A DNA stretch of 22,130 nucleotides from Octopus sinensis (Eukaryota). The position numbers and the translations under genes are program-made. Location of the stretch: positions 1-22,130 of the forward strand of contig NW_021836930.1 in assembly GCF_006345805.1 (NCBI RefSeq), read 5' to 3'. A model generated the notes under the pieces. It was not told where the DNA came from. It worked only from the letters and a program-made list of their open reading frames with translations, and searched no databases. This document shows, piece by piece, positions 11,930-20,514 of the stretch. Positions within the stretch are counted from its first letter, which is position 1. Every line of letters begins with the position of its first letter.

Positions 11930-12145
11930 TTTGTTGTGATTTAGTTCCAAGTCTAAATTTGTGTGTAGACCTTCTTATCAAAGGGCCTTCCAGCCATGAC
12001 CATCTCGACTTTTGTACCACTTCTAGAAATGTATTTCAGTGTCTTCTTTTTCTTTTTATTGTTTTCAAAGACGGTGCGCAGTCGTTTCAGGGATTTTAGC
12101 TATTATTTCTAGCTAGTCGAACAAACGGTGTAGAAAGGTCCACTC
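11930..12145 (-). mobile_element. Family C repeat
   Basis: ttccagccatgacc at 11988, aaagacggtg at 12067, gctattatttctagc at 12099. Confidence 0.7.
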
Positions 12146-12189
12146 ACTGCTGCAGTAGCAATTATAGCTGTTGTTGTTGTTGTTGCTGT

Positions 12190-12435
12190 TGTTGTTTGTG
12201 TTTAATGCTAGGTCAACCAGCCACGATCGAGCAAACCTTTACAATCAACGACGTTCCACTCACGACCATCCTGTCTCCATTTCCAGTCACAACAGCCAGC
12301 CACCAAGTACACCTAGGACTTCATTCTGCAAATGTGTCATAGCTTAGTTGCTTTCATAGCGCTAAGGTGTGATCCTTAGGAAGAAGTTTTGCCTGCTACT
12401 TCTAGCTGGTCGGGCGACCACGTACACAGAACCCC
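12190..12435 (-). mobile_element. Family C repeat
   Basis: gatcgagcaaacct, ttccactcacgacc (12254) and ctgctacttctagc (12393); preceded by a (GTT)n tail. Confidence 0.7.
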
Positions 12436-12511
12436 TTAGAATGCTTCCGTAGCAGTTCTCGATGCTGGTATCCTTGATATAATTGTTGTTGTTTTTAGTA
12501 GTAGTAGTAGT

Positions 12512-12567
<56 letters not shown>

Positions 12568-12594
12568 GCGATGTTATTATTGCAGTAACGACTT

Positions 12595-12900
12595 CTGGTT
12601 ATTTAAAAGTCCCTGGGTCACTTGATCAAAGGTATTCCATTCCAGCCGTGGCCGTCTCGCTTTTTTTATTATTATTTATAGTATTTTTTAAACAAATAGC
12701 GTAGTGTATGAAGATTTGGTTTTCATTATCTAAGGTATCGCCCCCCCCCCCCCCCCACCCCATTTTTTTTCTCCTTTTTTTTTTTTTTTTTTTTTTACTT
12801 TCGTGATGCAGCAAGAATGCGATTTTGTGGATGAGGTAGGTGGTGGCTGGTTACTATTTCTAGCAAGCGTAACGTCCACGTTGAGTGAAAATTCCCCTCG
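12595..12900 (-). mobile_element. Family C repeat with homopolymer expansions
   Basis: ttccagccgtggcc at 12640 and ttactatttctagc at 12851; preceded by (GTA)n/(GCA)n. Confidence 0.65.
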
Positions 12901-13064
12901 TTGTTGATATGATCATAACATGTTGCTATACAGTCGTTAATGTTCTGTTACGGAACAACAACAACAACAACAACAACCAACTACTACTACTACTACTACT
13001 GCTGCTACTACTACTACTACTACTATACTACTACTACTACTACTACTATTACTGATGTTGTTGT

Positions 13065-13650
13065 TGTTACTGTTCAGCAACAGGTCAGGTTTTTGATGGA
13101 GATGACATTTGCTCAGAAAGGATTCCCAGCCGTGGCTATCACCCCTTACTTTTGTATTGTGTATCACACGGACTACGTTATTCAACGCACCCTTCAATAT
13201 TCGAAGACGGTAACGTTGTGAGTTCAAATTCCGCCGAGGTCGACTTTGCCTTTCATCCTTTCGGCGGGGGGGGGGTCGATAAATTAAGTACCAGTTGCGC
13301 ACTGGGGGGGGGGGGGTCGATGTAATCGACTTAATACCTATGTCTGTCCTTGTTTGTCCCCTCTGTCTTTAGCCCCTTGTGGGTAATAAAGAAATAGGTA
13401 TTTCGTCTGTCGCTATGTTCTGAGTTCAAATTCCGCCTAGGTCGACTTTGCCTTTCATCCTTTCGGGGGTCGATGTAATCGACTTAATACCTATGTCTGT
13501 CCTCGTTTGTCCCCTCTATGTTTAACCCCTTGTGAGTAATAAAGAAATAGGTAATGTTTGTGTGCGCGCGGGCGTTAGTGTGTGTTTGGGGATGTGATTT
13601 GGCTGCTATTTTTAGCGAGCCTGTAGACGTTCTCTCCCTTACTGGCTTGC
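13065..13650 (-). mobile_element. Family C repeat split by the family B dimer
   Basis: tcccagccgtggct (13124) and gaagacggta (13203-13212) lie left of the B insert; gatttggctgctatttttagc (13596-13616) lies right of it. Confidence 0.65.
13213..13553 (+). mobile_element. Head-to-tail dimer of 5'-truncated family B SINE
   Basis: Two copies of gagttcaaattccgcc..ggtcgactttgcctttcatcctttcgg...taataaagaaataggta (13213-13400 and 13397-13553). The B box GTTCAAATTCC is present in both. Confidence 0.9.
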
Positions 13651-13769
13651 TATATTGTTAACTGCTTGTGTAACAGGGGTCTGCTGTAGTCATTGTTATT
13701 AGTTGTTGTTGTTGCTAATTTGTAATCTGTTGCTAAATGTTGCTAGCGTGTGTTTATTTTTCTAATGAT

Positions 13770-13868
13770 ACTACAACTAATACTACAACAACTACTGCTG
13801 CTGCTACTACTACTGCTGCTGCTACTACTACTGCTGCTGCTACTACTACTACTACTGCTGCTGCTGCT
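13770..13868. repeat. (CTA/CTG)n microsatellite
   Basis: Tandem ctactg and ctgctg units; source of the poly-L ORF. Confidence 0.9.
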
Positions 13869-13963
13869 GTTTAAACAGCGCTCCACTGTAGCGAGAGATG
13901 TCCTCAACTTGCCTGTTTTAAATTGGGGGTGTATGTCGTGGATTTGAAAGACAGGTCAGCCAC

Positions 13964-14000
<37 letters not shown>

Positions 14001-14112
14001 GTGGGAGGGAGAGAGGAGGAGGTGGGGGTGAGAAAGAGGGAGTGCCAGGGCTTTTGAAGAACATGAATAGGTCACACACACACACACACTAATACATATG
14101 AATCCATGTATG

Positions 14113-14157
<45 letters not shown>

Positions 14158-14252
14158 GTGCGTGTGTGAGTGCAGCCAGACACCTACAAGCGCTCGCGCA
14201 CTCATAAGTATATCTTTTTTTAGCAACGGTGAATCTCGAAGCAGATAAGGGT

Positions 14253-14292
<40 letters not shown>

Positions 14293-14403
14293 TAATAGCC
14301 GTGTCTGTCTTTTGTCTGTCTGTCTGTCACTCCCTCCCCATCTCCCCCTCCGCTCTCCCTCTTCTCCTCCTCCTCTCTCATCCCTTTCTCTCTCTCTCAC
14401 TCA

Positions 14404-14478
14404 CGGTGCCCCAGCATGGCCACAGCCTTAGGGCTGAAACGTATGTATAAAAGAAAAGAAAAGAAAAAAAAGAATATA
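14404..14478 (+). mobile_element. 3' tail fragment related to family A (SINE or partner LINE end)
   Basis: cggtgccccagcatggccacagccttagggctgaaac followed by (AAAAG)n. Confidence 0.7.
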
Positions 14479-14554
14479 AGAAAAATAATTTTATCCGTTT
14501 AAGAAGTCACAGGAACTATTCTCTTTTAATTAACTTTCTAATATTACTGTCTAT

Positions 14555-14692
14555 TATGAAGTGCCGAATAGTTTCGTCGTCCTTCTGCGAGCTGGTTCAC
14601 TGACACAGTTCACCCGATATCTCTGTGACTCACTTCAAATTCAATCAGATATTAGGTCGCAGTAGGGCAACGAAACTTTTTAACACTTCATA
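14555..14692. mobile_element. Tc1/mariner-like MITE
   Basis: Imperfect inverted repeat 14547-14590 / 14657-14700 (36/44 identical). TA dinucleotides at 14555-14556 and 14691-14692 flank TGAAGTG...CACTTCA. No ORF. Confidence 0.65.
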
Positions 14693-14735
14693 ATATACAG
14701 CACGATTGGGAGATACATAGAAAGTATAGCATCTT

Positions 14736-14779
14736 TGGCAGAAACATTAGCACGCCGGGCGAAATACTTAGCGGTATTT
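14736..14779 (+). mobile_element. Family B SINE, 5' head (A box)
   Basis: tggcagaaacattagcacgccgggcgaaatacttagcggtattt; the sequence resumes at 15525. Confidence 0.8.
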
Positions 14780-14786
14780 GATCGTT

Positions 14787-15138
14787 TGTGTGTGTGTGTG
14801 TGCGTGTGTGTGTGTGGTGTGTGTGTGTGTGGTATGAGTGTGTGCGTGTGTGTGGTGTGTGGTGTATGTGTGTGCGGGTGTGTAGTGTGTGTGTGGTGAG
14901 TGTAGTGTGTGTGTGTGTGGTGTGTGTATGTGTGGTGTGTGTATGTGTGGTGTGTGTGTGGTATGAGTGTGTGCGGGTGTGTACTGTGTGTGTGGTTGTG
15001 TTGGTGTTTGTGTGTGTGTGTATGTGTGTGGTGTTTGTGTGTGTATACACATTTATGTATTTGTAACTACATACGTACACATACATACATACATCATACA
15101 TACATACATACATACATACATACATGTATACATACATA
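14787..15138. repeat. Degenerate (TG)n followed by (TACA)n
   Basis: Direct inspection of the tandem units. Confidence 0.9.
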
Positions 15139-15141
15139 CGT

Positions 15142-15524
15142 AGGAGCAAGCGTGCCTGCGGTGGTAAGAAGTTTCTTTCTCAGTCATATAGTTCCGGGTT
15201 CAGTCCCACTGCGTGCCAACTTGGGCAAGTGTGAGGGTGATTTGGTAGACGGATACTGAAAGAAACCCGTCGTGCTTGTGTGTGTGTATTTATGTATATA
15301 TGTATATGTGTGTGTGTTTGTGTGTGTGTGTTTACCCACCACCACTGCTTGACAACCGGTGGTGGTGCTTAGACGTGCCTGTAACTTAGCGGTTCAGGAA
15401 AAACAACCGACGGAATAAGTACCAGGTTTTTAAAAAGAAAGTACTGGGGTCGATACGTTTCTTTAAAAACTCTTACAGGGCGTGCCCCAGCATGGCCGCA
15501 GTCTAAATTGACTGAAACAAATAA
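15142..15524 (+). mobile_element. Family A SINE, older diverged copy with a 35-bp deletion
   Basis: gttccgggttcagtcccactgcgtg..ttgggcaagtgt, gatttggtagacgga, an internal (TG)n, and ccagcatggccgcagtc. Confidence 0.85.
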
Positions 15525-15706
15525 AAATGCTTAGCGGCATTTCGTCCGTCTTTACGTTCTGGTTTCAAATTCCGCCGAGGTCGACTTTGCCTTTTATGCA
15601 TTCGGGGGTCGATAAAATAAGTACTAGTTGAGCACTGGGGGTCGATGTAATCGACCCGGTCCCTAACCCGAAATTGTTGGCCTTGTGCTAAGACTTGAAA
15701 CCAGTA
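15525..15706 (+). mobile_element. Family B SINE body and 3' end
   Basis: aaatgcttagcggcatttcgtccgtctttacgttc..ttcaaattccgccgaggtcgactttgcc..gtcgatgtaatcgac..aaattgttggccttgtg. The tail is like 9963-10107, not like 13213-13553. Confidence 0.85.
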
Positions 15707-16336
15707 TCAGGTCCTCTTACGCTGTTCTGTGCATTGGGTGGCAAACTTTCTATAACCGGTTCGGTCGGCTGCTATTCTTGCACAAATCACACACCGCTAA
15801 AAACAAGCCATCAAAAGATCAGTGGTTGGATATTGAAGAGCATTTATTATCAAAGACCTGATAGTGATGATGTTGGCATTCTAGAAATCTTTAGGCTTTT
15901 ATCTTTCCTACGCGAGAAATTGCACACTCACACACAAATTGCTACTTACACGTAAATGGTATAAAGGAAAATGAAAGGGAAACCTCGGCGATATTAATTA
16001 TGCCGAATGCGTTTGCACCACTTGGGATGTCAATGGAAAAGATATTACACACACACACACACACACACTCTCTCTCTCTCTTTCTCTATATACACATATA
16101 TATATGTGTGTGTGTGTGTGTGGTGTGTGTGTGTATAAATACATGAATGTGTATGTGTGTCTGAGTGTGTCTATGAATTGGTTCACAAGAAGCTATAAGA
16201 TGTCGCACTGGCTTCTAACTCGGTTTTCTGTAACTGAAACAGCTGTAAGCTATTGAAAGGGATTACGCGTCACTTGTTCTTTTGTTATTCGTTTATTAAT
16301 ACATATATACTTACACACATTCACACACAACCACAC

Positions 16337-16383
<47 letters not shown>

Positions 16384-16563
16384 ACACACACACACATATA
16401 TATATATATATAAAGAATGGAAATTCCTTTAGATTCCCAAACTGATTCCCCCAAAGGTCCTGGCATCAGAAATCTGTTCAGCAACAACCGTTATGTAGCA
16501 TATAAAAAATACTTAGCTGTGAAGGTAAACGAACTAATACCGGTTATCAAAATGTGATGGAAG

Positions 16564-16611
<48 letters not shown>

Positions 16612-16616
16612 ACACA

Positions 16617-16790
16617 CTTACAGCCGGTATTGGTATGTTTACGTTCCCGCAAATTTAGCAGTTCGGCAAATAAGAACCGATAGAATAATTATCAGGCTTA
16701 AAAATTGAAGTTAAAAAATTAAGTGCTGGGGTTGATTTGTTCGACTAAATATTCCAAGGCGGTGCTGCAGTATGGCCGCAGCCGTCCAAA
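16617..16790 (+). mobile_element. Family A SINE 3' half, diverged
   Basis: tgtttacgttccc..ttagcagttcggcaaa..ccgatagaataa..aggcggtgctgcagtatggccgcag. Confidence 0.75.
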
Positions 16791-17018
16791 TGCCTTAGAC
16801 GAGTCACAGAAGATGGATAATAAACCAAGGCATGTGATGAATATTTTTCTTTTCCTCTCTGGCACACCGGATTATTTTCTCTGCGGATGTTACGAATAAA
16901 ACAGAAGGTGCCGCTAATAGTTCGTTGACCTATCAATCAGAGACACCTCGCACATTGCAAAAAATGGCATGAAAGCATTGAAGCTCAAGATAGACGAAAA
17001 ACAGGAAAAAAAAAAAGT

Positions 17019-17183
17019 GTGGCTGTGTGGTAAGTAGCTTGCTAACCAACCACATGGTTCCGGGTTCAGTCCCACTGCGTGGCATCTTGGGCAAGTGTCT
17101 TCTGCTATAGCCCCGGGCCGACCAATGCCTTGTGAGTGGATTTGGTAGACGAAAACTGAAAGAAGCCTGTCGTATATGTATAT

Positions 17184-17262
<79 letters not shown>

Positions 17263-17500
17263 ATATATGTATGTGTGTGTTTTGTGTGTCTGTGTTTGTC
17301 CCCCTAGCATTGCTTGACAACCGATGCTGGTGTGTTTACGTCCCCGTCACTTAGCGGTTCGGCAAAAAGAGACCGATAGAATAAGTACTGGGCTTACAAA
17401 AAGAATAAGTCCCGGGGTCGAGTTGCTCGACTAAAGGCGGTGCTCCAGCATGGCCGCAGTCAAATGACTGAAACATGTAAAAGAGTAAAAGAGAGTAAAA
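17019..17500 (+). mobile_element. Family A SINE (tRNA head, CORE-like segment, internal microsatellite)
   Basis: A box TGGCTGTGTGG, B box GGTTCAGTCCC, cttgggcaagt (resembles the start of the CORE domain), internal (TA)n(TG)n at ~17172-17290, and tail (aaagagt)n. Confidence 0.95.
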
Positions 17501-17857
17501 TAAGCAACTCTGAAGGTTTTTCGCCAGTTTGGTTTAGTTAGCGATAGCTGAAAAAAATTAAAGAACACACACACATGCGTTCACACACACACACACACCA
17601 CACGCTCACACGTACGTACGCCCGCATTATTTGCACATTCACTTACATCTGTAAATAATGTCTTAATATACTTTTACAGGTAGATATAATATTATTCATC
17701 CAAGGTGTGTGTGTGTCACTGAGTACAGTTGTACTCTATAATTAACGTAGGTGGGCCATAGTTTTATAACATGCTTTTTTTTCCCTCTCAAACTCATTTG
17801 AATAACATATGCGTAGGAAGCGATTGACATGAAACACAAAACCACTTTGTATGTGAA

Positions 17858-17862
<5 letters not shown>

Positions 17863-17931
<69 letters not shown>
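17863..17931. repeat. (TATC)n microsatellite
   Basis: About 17 perfect units. Confidence 0.95.
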
Positions 17932-17932
<1 letters not shown>

Positions 17933-18131
17933 GCTTTATCTTTGGCAAGTGGTATTGCACGAAAGCGTCGGCACTTGAATCACTGTTGCTTCCGCTAAAG
18001 ATTAATAAAAGATATATCCATCTATACATACATGCGTACATACTTAAACAGACAAATCTATTGACGGCTCATACACAGACCCACGCCTTTACATTCATAC
18101 AAATACATACATACAAATACATACATACATA

Positions 18132-18536
18132 GGCGAGAGAGTGGCTGTGTGGTAAGTAGCTTGCTAACCAACCACATGGTTCCGAGTTCAGTCCCACTGC
18201 GTGGCATCTTGGGCAAGTGTCTTCTGCTACAGCCTCGGGCCGACCAATGCCTTGTGAGTGGATTTGGTAGACGGAAACTGAAAGAAGCCTGTCGTATATA
18301 TATATATATATATAATATATATATATATAGTTGTGTGTGTCTGTGTTTGTCTCCCTAGCATTGCTTGACAACCGATGCTGATGTGTTTACGTCCCCGTCA
18401 CTTAGTGGTTCGGCATAAAGAACCGATAGAATAAGTACTGGCTACAAAGAATAAGTCTCGGGGTCGATTTTTTCGACTAAAAGCGGGGCTCCAGCATGGC
18501 CGCAGTCAATGACGAACAAGTAAAAGAGAAAAGAGT
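18132..18536 (+). mobile_element. Family A SINE, full length
   Basis: Starts ggcgagagagtggctgtgtgg and has the same modules as 17019-17500; flanked by atacatacata on both sides. Confidence 0.95.
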
Positions 18537-18552
18537 ATACATACATACATAC

Positions 18553-18662
18553 AAAAATACCCTGTTGTTGATGTTGAAATTCCAGAAAAGGACCCTTGGA
18601 TCTGGGTTAGAAACTAGTTCTTTCTCTATCGGCAAGAAATCTTGAAATAAACTGAATAATGG
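18553..18662. repeat. Short non-microsatellite segment embedded in (CATA)n (family E, unclassified)
   Basis: aaaaataccctgttgttgatgttgaaattcc...gaaatcttgaaataaactgaataatg. I recall a similar (CATA)n-associated octopus repeat, but there is only one copy here and this is unverified. Confidence 0.35.
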
Positions 18663-18962
18663 CATACACACATACATACATACATACATACATACATACA
18701 TACATACATACATACATACATACATACATGCATACATACATACTTACATGCATACATACATACATACATGCATGCATACATACATACATACATACATACA
18801 TACTTACATACATACATACATACATACATACACACACACATACATACATACGTACATACATACAAACATACATACATACATACACACATACATACATACA
18901 CACATACATACATACATACATACATACATACATACATACATACATACATACATACATACATG
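18663..18962. repeat. (CATA)n microsatellite, ~300 bp
   Basis: About 75 near-perfect units. Confidence 0.97.
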
Positions 18963-19233
18963 CAGATGAGCATTACATATTTGCTCGATTACAATACACT
19001 TCACATTGTTTTAGCTTTCGAATAATAACCACTTTGCTAGATAATCAAGCTGGCCGACAACATTCCTCCTGACCAGGAGGCTACTCCGTCGCAGAATTAC
19101 CAATTTACAGCTGATTGGAACGGCAGGCATTTGCTTTGATGAAGAACAATTAACGCGCCGCCCAATCTGGGGACCGGACCCACGATCAAGCGATCGTGGG
19201 TGCAACACTCTAACCACCAGGCCACACGCCTTC
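18963..19233 (-). mobile_element. Family F tRNA-derived SINE, diverged
   Basis: Minus strand gaaggcgtgtggcctggtggttagagtg (A box TGGCCTGGTGG) and a degenerate B box (gggtccggtccc). ctgcgacggagtagcctcctggtcaggagg resembles the V-SINE central motif; assignment unverified. Confidence 0.7.
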
Positions 19234-19284
19234 ACACACACACACACACACACACACACCAGGCCTTTTTGCGAATTTTTTTTA

Positions 19285-19681
19285 GGCGCAGGAGTGGCTG
19301 TGTAGTAAGTAGTTTGCTTACAAACCACATGGTTCCGGGTTCAGTCCCACTGCGTGGAACCTTGGGCAAGTGTCTTCTACTATAGCCTCGGGCTGACCAA
19401 AGTCTTGTGAGTGGATTTGGTAGACGGAAACTGAAAGAAGCCTGTCGTATATATGTTATATATATATGTGTGTGTGTGTATGTGTGTTTGTGTGTCTGTG
19501 TTTGTCCCCTCAACATCGCTTGACAACCGATGCTGGTGTGTTTACGTCCCCGTAACTTAGCGGTTCGGCAAAAGAGAACGATAGAATAAGTACTAGGCTT
19601 ACTAAAGAATAAGTCCTGGGGGTCGATTTCCTCGACTAAAGGCGCAGTCAAATGACTGAAACCAGTAAAAGAGTAAAAGAG
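19285..19681 (+). mobile_element. Family A SINE, full length with a 17-bp 3' deletion
   Basis: Starts ggcgcaggagtggctgtgtag. aaaggcgcagtc lacks gtgctccagcatggccg relative to the other copies. Confidence 0.95.
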
Positions 19682-20125
19682 CTTACGAAATAAAATCAAA
19701 CTCTCTCATATTGGCCCCCCTTTTTCTGTCCACAAAATTATTTGTTTACATTCTTTTACGTATAAATGTATAAACCCGTCTAGCGTCGCTGAGAGATCAT
19801 TTTGAGAGAACAGAAGGCTATTGTTGAGTTCTTATCACAACTCAGAATAATCGATCTGTCTAGTATAGGCAAATAGGCCAATAAAATTTGCGAATTATTC
19901 AGTTTGGGGGTTGGTATAACCAGGGTTTCCAAGAGAATTGGTGCAAGGTGAAAGAAGTCACTATCTTGGGGGCCAGGTTTGGCGAGTCTTCTTTAAATTC
20001 AGGGATAGAGGTGAATGTTTAATCTATTTTAGGGACGGATCCATCACATATCTACGGGCCGCCTCCTGAATCAATGTCCAAGCAAAACCCTATATCGTAT
20101 AGGTGCCGGGTGATATAGCCAAAAT

Positions 20126-20514
20126 TTTTTGAAGCACTCCGTCGGTTACGACGACGAGGGTTCCGGTTGATCCGATCAACGGAACAGCCTGCTCGTGAAA
20201 TTAACGTGTAAGTGGCTGAGCACTCCACAGACACGTGTACCCTTAACGTAGTTCTCGGGGATATTCAGCGTGACACAGAGAGTGACAAGGCCGGCCCTTT
20301 GAAATACAGGTACAACAGAAACAGGAAGTAAGAGTGAGAGAAAGTTGTGGTGAAAGAGTACAGCAGGGATCACCACCATCCCCTGCCGGAGCCTCGTGGA
20401 GCTTTAGGTTTTTTCGCTCAATAAACACTCACAACGCCCGGTCTGGGAATCGAAACCGCGATCCTATGACCGCGAGTCCGCTGCCCTAACCACTGGGCCA
20501 TTGCGCCTCCACTG
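20126..20514 (-). mobile_element. Family D tRNA-derived SINE, intact, with TSD (resembles octopus OR-type SINEs)
   Basis: Minus strand starts gtggaggcgcaatggcccagtggttag. A box at 20490-20500, B box at 20446-20456, short A tail, and a perfect TSD ATAGCCAAAAT at 20115-20125 and 20515-20525. Confidence 0.92.

Noticed and set aside
5215-13650. Repeat-spacer patterns resembling a CRISPR array
   Set aside because: The repeats are degenerate, the spacers are microsatellites of variable length, the context is eukaryotic, and no cas genes are present.
15944-16045. Minus-strand open stretch (FSIDIPSGANAFGIINIAEVS...) ending at a GTAAGT donor
   Set aside because: There is no credible acceptor (only ccaAG), the stretch is short, and I recognise no homology.
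17641-17685. Minus-strand CAG|AT|GTAAGT and plus-strand ttttacAG|GTAGAT (recursive-splice-like) motifs
   Set aside because: A 2-nt exon is implausible and the plus-strand donor is weak. Such motifs are expected by chance in AT-rich DNA.
17019-20514. tRNA-like sequences with A/B boxes
   Set aside because: They continue into SINE bodies and tails and lack a complete cloverleaf with an acceptor stem and a T-run terminator. They are SINE heads, not tRNA genes.
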